Shown in pieces: positions 18,014 to 27,575 of a stretch of 40,356 nucleotides of DNA. Position 1 is the stretch's first letter. Each line of letters opens with the position of its first letter. This DNA comes from Pseudomonadota bacterium (lineage in GTDB: Bacteria; Bdellovibrionota_G; JALEGL01; DATDPG01). Location: contig JAZDIZ010000084.1 of assembly GCA_043804515.1 (NCBI GenBank), positions 1 through 40,356 on the forward strand, given 5' to 3'. The translations under genes were made by a program, and so were the position numbers. The notes below the pieces were generated by a model. It searched no databases. It was not told the DNA's origin and saw nothing but the letters and a program-made list of their open reading frames with translations.

Positions 18014-19386
18014 GTGACGGCGAAACAGTCCGAGAGTTCCCGAAGGTCTTTTGCGTTCTCCAAGTCCCATACGATCTCCACGGCGCGGGCCTGCTGTCGG
18101 CTCGAAAGGAGCCCCTCGGCCGCCCGCTTGAACTTGGCCTCGATCTCGGACCGGGCGAGCGGGTTGCGGGGATGCCCTTTGGGGTCCTTCACCTCCTTCT
18201 CAAAGATGCGGCCGTCGTCCAGGGTCACGGTCAGTTTGTTGGGGAACGAAGTGCCGTAGATCTCCGTGTACTCCCGCTTCTCCCGCACTTTCACCTTCCT
18301 AACCAGCGCCAGGAGAGCCGGATCGTCCAGATGCTCCTGATCGAACTGCTTGGGCGTGATCTCGCCGTCCGTGAGCGCCGCGGCGGTGATGAACGGAAGG
18401 CTGTGGTCGGCGGTCTCCTTGGTTGTGGGACGCCACTTGTCCGGGTCCATCCCGATGATCTCGTATGAATGGTGACACGTTTCGACCAGGATCGACGAGA
18501 TTGCTCCGATCCGCTCCTTGCCGATCTTCTCACGCAGGTCGAGCGCCGCCCAAATGGCGCTCTGGGAATGATATTCGGCGGGGAAGTACTTGATGTACGT
18601 GCCGACGATCTTGAACTCCTCCCCTCCCTGGCCTCCGAACTTTCCGGCCAGATCGAATTCCCCCTGCGTGATCTGATTGATCAGGCCGTGTTGGCCCGTG
18701 AAGATCTCCGACGGCCCGGTAAACCCGTTCCGGACACACAGTGCGGCCTCGACTGCGTTTTTCGCGGCCTTTGCGAATGCGGCGGCTTTCCAGTTCGAGA
18801 TCGTCCCGATCCGGGTTTGCCGCAGATAGTTCCCCGTCGTGACGGCGATCGCGATCGCATCCCTGATCTGGGCGGGGGGAAGTCCCATGAGCCAGGCCGC
18901 CGCCGCCGTGCTGGAAACGGACGCATACGTCACGTGGTCCCAGCCCTTCTTCCGGATCCCGGCGGCGTCGCAGAACCGGCACTGCATCTCATAGGCGAGC
19001 GCGACGGCGGCGATGAGATCCCGGCCGTTTTTCTTCTCGGCCTCGGCCACACTGTACGCGGCGGCGATGTTGTCACTGGGATGCGCAGGCTCCTTGCTCA
19101 GATAGGTGTCGTTCCAATCCAGAGCCCGGACGGCCGTGCCGAGGGCGAGCGTAGCGCCCTCCATCGGAGCCAGGTGGCGGGTGCCGAAAACCGTCGCGCC
19201 TCGGGCGGAAGACGTCTGCATGGCGATCGCCCGGGCCGCTTTGACCGGCGTCTCGGAGAACCCAGCCAAGGCGCAGGCGAAGCTGTCCAAAAGCCTCTCC
19301 TTGACGGCTCGAACCGCCTCTTTCGTCAGGCGTTCATACGTGTGTTTCGAGATGTAATCGACGAGTTGGGCTTCGAATCGGTCCAC
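18010..19386 (-). CDS. prpD: 2-methylcitrate dehydratase (MmgE/PrpD family)
   Basis: RALDWNDTYLSKEPAHPSDN, GWDHV, WKAAA, KYFPAEYHSQS, ETADHSLP, PKGHPRNP. Start inferred at GTG 19386 after GGAGG. Confidence 0.9.
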   Translation of the reverse strand: MDRFEAQLVDYISKHTYERLTKEAVRAVKERLLDSFACALAGFSETPVKAARAIAMQTSSARGATVFGTRHLAPMEGATLALGTAVRALDWNDTYLSKEPAHPSDNIAAAYSVAEAEKKNGRDLIAAVALAYEMQCRFCDAAGIRKKGWDHVTYASVSSTAAAAWLMGLPPAQIRDAIAIAVTTGNYLRQTRIGTISNWKAAAFAKAAKNAVEAALCVRNGFTGPSEIFTGQHGLINQITQGEFDLAGKFGGQGGEEFKIVGTYIKYFPAEYHSQSAIWAALDLREKIGKERIGAISSILVETCHHSYEIIGMDPDKWRPTTKETADHSLPFITAAALTDGEITPKQFDQEHLDDPALLALVRKVKVREKREYTEIYGTSFPNKLTVTLDDGRIFEKEVKDPKGHPRNPLARSEIEAKFKRAAEGLLSSRQQARAVEIVWDLENAKDLRELSDCFAVT

Positions 19387-19567
19387 CGTGACAACCTCCG
19401 CCCCGCGGGGCTCACGGACGCTCTTAACCGCATCTCGGGCGACAATCAACAAAATGTCGCCCCGTGAGGCCCAAGATCCTTGCAGTCCGGAAGAGGGACA
19501 TCTATCCTGCGCAAAAAAAGCGCGGCGGCGCTTGACTCCACTGGACTTGAGATGAGGAGAAAAAACG

Positions 19568-20719
19568 ATGAATTTTGAATTTTCCTCCGAACAAAAGATG
19601 GTGATCGATGAAGCCAAGAAACTGGCCCAAGGTCTGTTAGCGCCGCATGTCGACAAGCTGGATGAAGCCCAGGAAGTCAACATGCCTGCGTTGAAGGAGC
19701 TGGGGAAGTGCGGATTCCTGGGGATGACGGTGTCGGAGGAATACGGCGGCACGGCTCTGGGGGCTATCCCTTACGCCGGAGCCATGATCGAGTTCAGCAA
19801 GGTGGACGCCGGGACCGCCGTGGGTGTTTCGGTACAGAACTCTTTGGTGAACGACCCGATCCTCGCGTTCGGCACGGACGAGCAGAAGAAGACTTATCTT
19901 CCCAAGTTGGTGACCGGCGAATGGTTCGGATGCTTCTCTCTCACGGAGGCGGGGGCAGGCAGTGATCCGGGGGCCCTGCGCGCTACGGCCGTGCGCGATG
20001 GTGATTCCTACATTCTGAACGGGACCAAGAATTTCACCACGAACGGCTCGTTCGCCGACGTGACCATCGCTTTCTTCAGCACGGACCGCACGAAGGGAGC
20101 CAAAGGCATCTCGGCCTTCCTGATTCAGAAGGACTGGCCGGGGTTCACCGTGGGAAAACACGAGAACAAGCTCGGGATCCGCACTTCCAGCACCACGGAG
20201 ATGGTTTTCTCGAACTGCCGGGTTCCGGCCAAGAACCTCCTCGGACAGGAGAATCGCGGTTTGAGTGTCGCGCTGGCCACGCTGGACGGCGGGCGGATCG
20301 GGATCGCGGCGCAGGCCGTCGGAATTGCGGAGGGAGCTTTGGACGAGGCGCTCCGCTACTCGAAAGAGCGTGTGCAGTTCGGCCAGCCCATTGCCGAACT
20401 CCAGGCCCTGCAGTTCATGCTGGCGGATATGGCCATGGAAGTGGAGCTGGCGAAGACCATGCTTTACCGCGTGGCCTGGATGAGGGACTCGCACGTGAAG
20501 AGCTACACGAAAGAATCCGCCATGATCAAGCTCTATGCTTCGGAAATGGCCCATCGCGTTTGTCACAAGGCCCTCCAGATCCACGGAGGGTACGGATACA
20601 TGAAGGATTACAAGGTCGAGCGGCTGTATCGCGACCAGCGGATCACGGAAATCTACGAAGGGACGTCGGAAATCCAACGCCTGGTGATTGCCCGGTCTTT
20701 GTTAAAGGAGAACGGCTGA
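19568..20719 (+). CDS. Short-chain (butyryl-CoA-type) acyl-CoA dehydrogenase
   Basis: FSLTEAGAGSD, KLGIR.S.T, TLDGGRIGIAAQA, QIHGGYGY, IYEGTSEIQR (catalytic Glu at the SCAD/MCAD position). Confidence 0.92.
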   Translation: MNFEFSSEQKMVIDEAKKLAQGLLAPHVDKLDEAQEVNMPALKELGKCGFLGMTVSEEYGGTALGAIPYAGAMIEFSKVDAGTAVGVSVQNSLVNDPILAFGTDEQKKTYLPKLVTGEWFGCFSLTEAGAGSDPGALRATAVRDGDSYILNGTKNFTTNGSFADVTIAFFSTDRTKGAKGISAFLIQKDWPGFTVGKHENKLGIRTSSTTEMVFSNCRVPAKNLLGQENRGLSVALATLDGGRIGIAAQAVGIAEGALDEALRYSKERVQFGQPIAELQALQFMLADMAMEVELAKTMLYRVAWMRDSHVKSYTKESAMIKLYASEMAHRVCHKALQIHGGYGYMKDYKVERLYRDQRITEIYEGTSEIQRLVIARSLLKENG

Positions 20720-20720
20720 C

Positions 20721-21494
20721 ATGGAATACGAAATCCTGAAGATTCAAGTCGCCGATGGAATCGCGACGGTCGTGATTTCCCGGCCCCAAGCCCTCAACGC
20801 GCTCAACTCACGCTTTTTCAAGGAGATGGACGAATGGATCGGCCAACTGCCGAAGAGGAACGACGTCAAGGTGGTGATCCTGACGGGGGAGGGAAAGGCG
20901 TTTGTCGCCGGAGCCGATATCGCCGAGATGGTGGACATGACCCCGGAGCAGGGAACCTCCTTCTCGAAGTTGGGCCAGAACACGTTTCGAAGCCTTGAAC
21001 TTCTGGACCAACCGGTCGTGGCCGCCGTGAACGGGTTCGCGTTGGGCGGAGGGTGCGAACTGGCCATGGCCTGTGATTTCCGGATCGCCAGCACCAGGGC
21101 CAAGTTCGGCCAACCCGAGGTGACTCTGGGGTTAACCCCCGGATACGGCGGTACGCAGCGGCTTCCGAGGCTCGTGGGCCTCGGAAACGCACTGTACATG
21201 TTGATGACGGGCGAGATGATCAGCGCCGAGGACGCCCTTCGGATCGGGCTGGTTCAAAAGGTCGTGGAGCCCGACCAGCTCATGCCTGTAACGCTGGAAC
21301 TCGCCAAGACCATCGCTTCCAAAGGCCCTAAGGCCGTGAGGCTCGTGAAACAGGCGGCACGGAACGGGCTGGCGACCGATTTCGAAGCCGGTTGCGCGCT
21401 CGAGAGGCAGAAGTTCGGATCGCTGTTCGGGAACGAAGCGGCGGAGGGGATGAAGGCGTTCCTGGAAAAGCGTCCGCCCAGATGGGGAAGCTGA
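20721..21494 (+). CDS. Enoyl-CoA hydratase (crotonase)
   Basis: AFVAGADI, ALGGGCELAMACD, FGQPEVTLG..PGYGGTQRL; both catalytic Glu residues are present. Confidence 0.92.
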   Translation: MEYEILKIQVADGIATVVISRPQALNALNSRFFKEMDEWIGQLPKRNDVKVVILTGEGKAFVAGADIAEMVDMTPEQGTSFSKLGQNTFRSLELLDQPVVAAVNGFALGGGCELAMACDFRIASTRAKFGQPEVTLGLTPGYGGTQRLPRLVGLGNALYMLMTGEMISAEDALRIGLVQKVVEPDQLMPVTLELAKTIASKGPKAVRLVKQAARNGLATDFEAGCALERQKFGSLFGNEAAEGMKAFLEKRPPRWGS

Positions 21495-21514
21495 CCGAAA
21501 AAGGGAGAAGCCCA

Positions 21515-22852
21515 ATGAACTACCAAGAACGACTAGAAGAGGTCGCCGTCCTGGGGGCCGCCGGCAAGATGGGAAGCGGTATCGTCTTGCTGACCGCCAT
21601 GGAAATGGTTGATCTGGGCCTGGAGTCGGGGCGGTCGTCCGCCGGATTCGCCCTTCATGCGCTGGACGTCTCCCAACAGGCGTTGAGCGGACTGATGAGT
21701 TATCTTCGTCCGCAGATCCGGAAGGCCGCCGAGAAAAAGACCGTGTCGCTTAGAAAAGCATACGAGCGCCGGGAGGATCTGATCGAGAATGAAGAGGTGA
21801 TCGGCCAGTACGTGGAAGACGTTCTGGCCGTCGTGCGGCCCACAACTCTGCTTGAGGCCGCATACAATGCCCGCGTGGTTTTTGAGGCGGTCGGCGAAAA
21901 CCCGGATCTCAAAGTGCAGCTTCTCTCCCGGATTCGCGAGCACAACTCGAACGACCCGTGGTTCTTGACCAATACCTCGTCGATTCCGATCGCCGAACTG
22001 AACGACAAAGCCAAGCTTCGGGGTCGGATCCTCGGGTTCCATTTCTACAATCCCCCCGCCGTCCAGAAACTTGCGGAGCTGATCTGCGCCGAGTCCACGG
22101 TCTTGGAACTCCAGGAGTTCGCCCGCACGTTCGCCGAGAAACTTAAGAAAACGATTGTCCCCTCCAGGGATGTCGCCGGCTTCATCGGGAACGGCCACTT
22201 CATGAGAGACGCGTTGCACGGGATTGCGGAGGCGGAGCGGCTTTCGAAGGAGGTGAGCATCACCGAGGCGTTGTACATGGTGAACAAGATCACGCAGGAC
22301 TTTTTGATCCGACCGATGGGGATCTTCCAGTTGGTCGATTATGTGGGTCTGGATGTCTGCCAATGCATCCTTAAGGTCATGAACGGCCGTCTCCGGGGCG
22401 CCTCCCTTCACAACCCCCTCTTGGACCAATGGATCTCGATGGGAATCCGCGGGGGCCAAAACCCCGACGGGTCGCAGAAGGACGGCATCCTGAAATACGA
22501 AAAAGGAAGACCGTCGGGGGTCTGGGAGCCGACGAAAAAGGCTTACGTGGCGCTCTCGGAGATCGCCGGTCGGTGCGATGAAAAGCTCGGCAGCCCGCCT
22601 TCCGCGACACAGCCGTGGAAACAGGTGATCGGACGCTCCGATCGGGCGGCGTATCTGGAAGGGTATTTCAGACAGTTGAAGGAGATGAGCACCCCCGGAG
22701 CGGAGTTGGCGCGAAAATACGGACAGCGTTCCAAAACGATCGGGTTGGAGTTGGTGAAGGACGGCGTGGCCGCCCGTGACGAGGACGTCAACACCGTTCT
22801 GCTCACGGGCTTCTATCACTCCTACGGCCCCATCAACGCCTACTTCGACTGA
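21515..22852 (+). CDS. 3-hydroxyacyl-CoA dehydrogenase family protein
   Basis: GAAGKMGSG, FEAVGEN, TNTSSI, GFHFYNPP, GFIGN, PMGIFQLVDYVGLD. ATG 21515 follows GGGAG. Confidence 0.88.
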   Translation: MNYQERLEEVAVLGAAGKMGSGIVLLTAMEMVDLGLESGRSSAGFALHALDVSQQALSGLMSYLRPQIRKAAEKKTVSLRKAYERREDLIENEEVIGQYVEDVLAVVRPTTLLEAAYNARVVFEAVGENPDLKVQLLSRIREHNSNDPWFLTNTSSIPIAELNDKAKLRGRILGFHFYNPPAVQKLAELICAESTVLELQEFARTFAEKLKKTIVPSRDVAGFIGNGHFMRDALHGIAEAERLSKEVSITEALYMVNKITQDFLIRPMGIFQLVDYVGLDVCQCILKVMNGRLRGASLHNPLLDQWISMGIRGGQNPDGSQKDGILKYEKGRPSGVWEPTKKAYVALSEIAGRCDEKLGSPPSATQPWKQVIGRSDRAAYLEGYFRQLKEMSTPGAELARKYGQRSKTIGLELVKDGVAARDEDVNTVLLTGFYHSYGPINAYFD

Positions 22853-22864
22853 GGCGAGGTGAAC

Positions 22865-24112
22865 ATGAGGAACAACCGGGACAAGGTGTTTCTGGTGGCG
22901 GGAACCAACACGATCTCCATGGGGAGCGGCCGGAAGGAGTTCAACCCCAAGAAGCCCCGCCCCGGCCTGGAGGAGTATATCCGGGAGGCCGGACAGGGGA
23001 CTCTTCGCCAGATCGGCGGAGGAAAGAACGTCGACGAAGGGGTGATCACCAACTTCATGGCGGCCCGTTTCAACAAACAGGGGAACCTCGCAGCGCTCAT
23101 CCCGTATGTGGATGAAAGCTTGCGTTGGAAACCCTGTTTCCGCCTGGAGGGGGCTTGCGGTTCCGGAGGCCTGGGGCTGGTGGCGGCCGCCAAGTCGGTC
23201 CTCTCGAAGACGGCGGACGTCGTCCTTACAATCGGTGTGGAAGTGCAAAACACCGTGAAAGCGATTTACGGTTCGGACATCCTGGCCTGCGCCGGTTGGT
23301 TCCGCGGGGAGAGAAAGAAGGGGCACGCCTATTTCTTCCCGGCCCTTTTCAGCGACCGCGCGGGAGCGTACTTCGACAAATTCGGCCGTGAGAAGACGCG
23401 TCGGGCGTTCGCCCGTTGGTACCGGAACGCCATCGAAAACGCCCGCCTGTGCGAGACCGCGCAGGAGTTCCACAATACACAGGAGAACCTGGAGTCGGTG
23501 GCGTTGACGGAGCCGAACCCGAAGACCTTTGTGGAACATCTTAATGCCTATGACTGTTCGAAAGTCTCGGACGCCGGGTCCGCCATAGCCGTGGTCTCGG
23601 AGGAAGGCTTGAAACGGATCGGCCTTCCGAGAACGGAGGCGATCGAAATCGTGGGCTGGGGGCAAGCGGAAGCGGATCTCACCGTGCCTCCGCAGGATCC
23701 CACGGAACTCGAAACCACGCGCCGGGCCGTCCGCAAAGCGCTGGAGGCCTCCGGCATCACCGCCCAAGACCTGGGGACTGTGGAGTGCCACGACTGCTTC
23801 ACGATCTCCGGGATTCTCTCCGTCGAGGCGATCGGATTGGCCGACAAAGGGAAAGGACCGGACTATATCGTAGGCGGGGAGACATCGCGCCAGGGGAAGG
23901 TGCCTTTCAATACGTCGGGGGGATTGATCGGTTGGGGGCATCCGACCGGTGGCACCGGCGTGCGCCAAGTCGTCACGATCTGGCAGCAGCTCACGGGAAA
24001 AGCGGGACGCTGGCAGATCGCGTTTCCGGATCAACGACCGTATGCCCTGTCGGTCAACATGGGGGGCAACGACAAGACCGTCACGGCGATCGTGTACCGG
24101 CGAGCCGCTTGA
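22865..24112 (+). CDS. Thiolase family protein (SCP2/archaeal-like HDCF type)
   Basis: EGACGSGG, ECHDCF, SGGLIGWGHPTGGTG, NMGG. ATG 22865 follows GAGGTG; an alternative GTG start is at 22859. Confidence 0.88.
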   Translation: MRNNRDKVFLVAGTNTISMGSGRKEFNPKKPRPGLEEYIREAGQGTLRQIGGGKNVDEGVITNFMAARFNKQGNLAALIPYVDESLRWKPCFRLEGACGSGGLGLVAAAKSVLSKTADVVLTIGVEVQNTVKAIYGSDILACAGWFRGERKKGHAYFFPALFSDRAGAYFDKFGREKTRRAFARWYRNAIENARLCETAQEFHNTQENLESVALTEPNPKTFVEHLNAYDCSKVSDAGSAIAVVSEEGLKRIGLPRTEAIEIVGWGQAEADLTVPPQDPTELETTRRAVRKALEASGITAQDLGTVECHDCFTISGILSVEAIGLADKGKGPDYIVGGETSRQGKVPFNTSGGLIGWGHPTGGTGVRQVVTIWQQLTGKAGRWQIAFPDQRPYALSVNMGGNDKTVTAIVYRRAA

Positions 24113-24130
24113 CCGAGGCATGACCATCTC

Positions 24131-27100
24131 ATGCCGAGGAAAGTTCGTTCGCGTCCGACCGGGACATCCGGCGTACCACCGATGGTAAACACGGATTTCA
24201 AGCTCCGGCACCGGGTCCGGGTGGTGACCGCCGCGTCGCTCTTCGACGGGCACGACGCCGCCATCCAGATCGTGCGCCGCCTTCTCCAGGCCGAAGGGGC
24301 GGAGGTGATTCATTTGGGTCACGACCGGTCGGCCCAGGAGGTGGTCGACGCCGCCATTGCGGAGGACGTCCAGGCCGTGGCCGTTTCCAGTTATCAGGGG
24401 GGGCATCTCGAGTATTTCAGCTACATGCTCGATCTGCTCAAGGAACGTGGTGCCCAGCGGATTCGCGTGTACGGCGGGGGAGGAGGCGTTATCGTGCCGG
24501 CCGAGATCGAACTCCTGCACCGTCGGGGTGTGGCGCGCATCTTTTCCCCGGAAGACGGACGAAAGATGGGGTTGGTCGGAATGATCCGGTCGATGCTTCG
24601 GGAATGTGATCATCCCGCGGGGGAGCCTCTGTGTGCCCTACCAAAGGGGGATGGACTGTCGCCCGGAATCGTCGCGCGCGCCATCACGACGCTGGAAGAA
24701 GGGGTGGGAGAGGAAAACGGGCCGACGGCGGACGCGGCCGCCCGGCTCCGTACCGACATCGAAATGCGCCTGGCGGCGCTTTCCAATCGGCCCCTCGTGA
24801 TCGGAGTCACCGGAACCGGAGGGGCGGGAAAGAGCACGCTGATCGACGAGCTTTTGCTGCGGATTCTGGAAGTGTTCCCCGGGCGGCGTATCGCGGTTCT
24901 TTCGGTCGACCCCACGCGCCACCGTACGGGCGGCGCGCTTTTGGGAGACCGAATTCGGATGAACTCCGCCCGGAATGAACGGGTCTTCATTCGGTCCATG
25001 GCTACCCGCCGGGAGCATCTCGCCACGAGCGCCGCGGTTCAAGACAGCCTCCGATTGCTCCGGGTATCCGGTTTCGACCTTGTCTTCCTTGAAACGGCAG
25101 GCATCGGCCAATCCGACACGGAGGTGAAGGAACTTTGTAACCTTTCGCTCTATACCATGACGCCGGAGTACGGCGCGCCGAGCCAGCTCGAGAAGATCGG
25201 CATGCTGGACTTCTCGGATCTGGTGGTGATCAACAAGTCCGACAAGTGGGGAGCGGAAGACGCCCTGCGGGATGTCCGAAAGACGTACCAACGAAATCAT
25301 GCGCTCCTCACACGTCCCTTGGAGACGATGCCGGTCTTTGGAACCAGCGCGCACCGCCTACGGGATCCCGGAACCAACGCCGTGTTCAATGCACTCATAG
25401 CGCGCGTGGGAGAAGCGGACAAGGCGCGTGATTGGGCTTTCAACGCTCTTCCTGCGGGAGCACCCTTGGCGGACAGCTTGATCCCCAAGAACCGCACCCG
25501 CTACCTGCAGGAAATTGTGGACACGATCCGGAAGCGCCGAGACCGGATCGAAACTCAAGCCTCCTTGGCCGAGCGAATCCAGGCCATGGCAACGGCTCTT
25601 GCGGAACTCGGCGAGGAGGCCCCTCAAGAGCTTCGCCGCCGACACAACCAGCTGAAGGGGGAACTGGATGCCGATGTGAAAGAAGGCCTCCGTACATTGG
25701 CCGCCGACGTGAAGGCTTTCTCCGTACCGGAAAATGTCTACACCGTGCGGGACCGCACCTTCACCGTCAAGAACTACACGGAGTCTCTGGCCCGCCAGCC
25801 GATTCCAAAGGTGGCCGTTCCGGCCAAGCTCAGCGCGGGGGACCGGGTCCGTTTTCTCATGAAGGAGAACGTGCCGGGGAGTTATCCCTATACGGCGGGC
25901 GTCTTTCCGTACCGGCGGGAAACCGAGGACCCCACGCGAATGTTTGCCGGCGAAGGGGTCGCGGAGACTACGAACCGGCGCTTCCATTATGTTTCAAAGG
26001 GACAACCCGCCGTCCGGCTTTCCACGGCGTTCGACTCGCCGACTCTCTATGGCGTCGATCCCGGCATTAGGCCGGACATCTACGGAAAAGTCGGCAACGC
26101 CGGGGTTTCGATTTGCTCCCTCGATGACGCCAAACGCCTGTATTCCGGTTTTGATCTCTGTTGCCCGACGACCAGCGTCTCAATGACCATCAACGGTCCG
26201 GCCTCCACCATTCTGGCCTTCTTCTTCAATGCCGCCATCGACGCCGCCTGTGAGAGGAAACTGAAAACCGAGGGGCGGTGGCCGGAAACCCAGCGGCGGA
26301 TCGACGAATGGTTCCGAAAGCGGGGCGCCGAAAAACCGCGATACCGGAGCAAACTTCCCGATACTCACGACGGCTCGAGCCTCGATTTCTTGGGTCTTTC
26401 CGCCGAGTGGGTGATGGATGCGAACGAGTATGCGGCCGTCCAGAAAGCGGTTCTCGGCTCGGTTAGAGGCACCGTTCAAGCCGATATCCTGAAGGAGGAC
26501 CAAGCTCAGAATACCTGCATCTTTTCGACGGAGTTCGCGCTCCGGATGATGGGCGATGTCCAGCAATATTTCGTCGACCGCGGCGTGCGGAACTTTTATT
26601 CGGTGTCCATCAGCGGGTTTCACATTGCGGAAGCCGGCGCCAACCCGATCAGCCAGCTGGCGTTCACGCTGGCGAACGGTTTCACGTTGGTGGAATACTA
26701 CCGGGCGCGCGGGATGCCCGTGGACGCGTTCGCGCCCAATCTCTCCTTTTTCTTCTCGAATGGCCTGGACCCAGAATATGCGGTCATTGGGCGGGTGGCC
26801 CGGCGCATCTGGTCCGTGGCCATGAAGGAGCTGTACGGGGCTAACGAGCGCAGCCAAAAACTGAAGTACCACATCCAGACTTCGGGGAGGTCCCTGCACG
26901 CGCAAGAGATCGCTTTCAACGATATCCGGACGACCCTCCAAGCCCTGTACGCCGTGATGGACAACTGCAATTCCCTGCACACGAACGCGTACGACGAAGC
27001 GATCACGACGCCCACAGAGGAGAGCGTCCGTCGGGCGCTCGCCATCCAACTTATCATCAACCGCGAGCTGGGCCTCGCGAAGAACGAGAACCCCTGGCAA

Positions 27101-27565
27101 GGGTCGTACTTTCTGGAACAGCTGACGGACCAGGTCGAGGAAGCCGTGCTTTGCGAGTTCGAGGCGCTCGACCGGCGCGGCGGCGTCCTGGGCGCAATGG
27201 AGACGATGTACCAACGGGGGAAGATTCAGGACGAATCCTTGTACTACGAGGAGAAAAAGCACTCCGGGGAACTTCCCATTGTCGGCGTGAACACCTTTCT
27301 GCCGCACGATACGGAAAACCTGGTTTCCGAGACGAAACTGATCCGGTCAACGGAGGAGGAAAAGCAGAATCAGGTCCGGCAGGTTGGGGAGATCCACGAC
27401 CGCTTTGCGAAGGAGTCACCCTCCGCCCTGGAGCGTCTGAAAGATGTGGCGCGCCGGAATGGAAATGTTTTCGCAGAACTGATGGGGGCCGTGAAAGTCT
27501 GCACGCTCGGGCAGATCAGCCGGGCGCTTTTTGAAGTGGGCGGCGCCTATCGCCGGAACATGTAA
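24131..27565 (+). CDS. icmF: Fused isobutyryl-CoA mutase / MeaB-like GTPase (B12-dependent)
   Basis: B12-binding SLFDGHD, P-loop GTGGAGKS, NKSD, mutase barrel PTRMFAGEG (Phe specificity residue), KEDQAQNTC, HIQTSGRSL. The start could alternatively be 24182. Confidence 0.95.
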   Translation: MPRKVRSRPTGTSGVPPMVNTDFKLRHRVRVVTAASLFDGHDAAIQIVRRLLQAEGAEVIHLGHDRSAQEVVDAAIAEDVQAVAVSSYQGGHLEYFSYMLDLLKERGAQRIRVYGGGGGVIVPAEIELLHRRGVARIFSPEDGRKMGLVGMIRSMLRECDHPAGEPLCALPKGDGLSPGIVARAITTLEEGVGEENGPTADAAARLRTDIEMRLAALSNRPLVIGVTGTGGAGKSTLIDELLLRILEVFPGRRIAVLSVDPTRHRTGGALLGDRIRMNSARNERVFIRSMATRREHLATSAAVQDSLRLLRVSGFDLVFLETAGIGQSDTEVKELCNLSLYTMTPEYGAPSQLEKIGMLDFSDLVVINKSDKWGAEDALRDVRKTYQRNHALLTRPLETMPVFGTSAHRLRDPGTNAVFNALIARVGEADKARDWAFNALPAGAPLADSLIPKNRTRYLQEIVDTIRKRRDRIETQASLAERIQAMATALAELGEEAPQELRRRHNQLKGELDADVKEGLRTLAADVKAFSVPENVYTVRDRTFTVKNYTESLARQPIPKVAVPAKLSAGDRVRFLMKENVPGSYPYTAGVFPYRRETEDPTRMFAGEGVAETTNRRFHYVSKGQPAVRLSTAFDSPTLYGVDPGIRPDIYGKVGNAGVSICSLDDAKRLYSGFDLCCPTTSVSMTINGPASTILAFFFNAAIDAACERKLKTEGRWPETQRRIDEWFRKRGAEKPRYRSKLPDTHDGSSLDFLGLSAEWVMDANEYAAVQKAVLGSVRGTVQADILKEDQAQNTCIFSTEFALRMMGDVQQYFVDRGVRNFYSVSISGFHIAEAGANPISQLAFTLANGFTLVEYYRARGMPVDAFAPNLSFFFSNGLDPEYAVIGRVARRIWSVAMKELYGANERSQKLKYHIQTSGRSLHAQEIAFNDIRTTLQALYAVMDNCNSLHTNAYDEAITTPTEESVRRALAIQLIINRELGLAKNENPWQGSYFLEQLTDQVEEAVLCEFEALDRRGGVLGAMETMYQRGKIQDESLYYEEKKHSGELPIVGVNTFLPHDTENLVSETKLIRSTEEEKQNQVRQVGEIHDRFAKESPSALERLKDVARRNGNVFAELMGAVKVCTLGQISRALFEVGGAYRRNM

Positions 27566-27575
27566 GGCGATTCTC

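Noticed and set aside
11250..19467. Long plus-strand ORFs (479, 551, 401, 404, 332 aa)
   Set aside because: They lie opposite well-supported NMO, GT4 and prp genes and have no domain signal.
19387..19752. N-terminal extension of prpD to 580 aa
   Set aside because: It would overlap the divergent ACAD gene. GTG 19386 has an RBS and gives a normal PrpD length.
24113..24181. Cobalamin riboswitch ahead of icmF
   Set aside because: There is no room for one and no B12-box sequence; none was seen at 19387-19567 either.
21533..24613. 1026-aa minus-strand ORF
   Set aside because: Antisense shadow of the dehydrogenase, thiolase and icmF genes. It has no recognisable motifs, and such shadows are expected from GC-rich codon bias.
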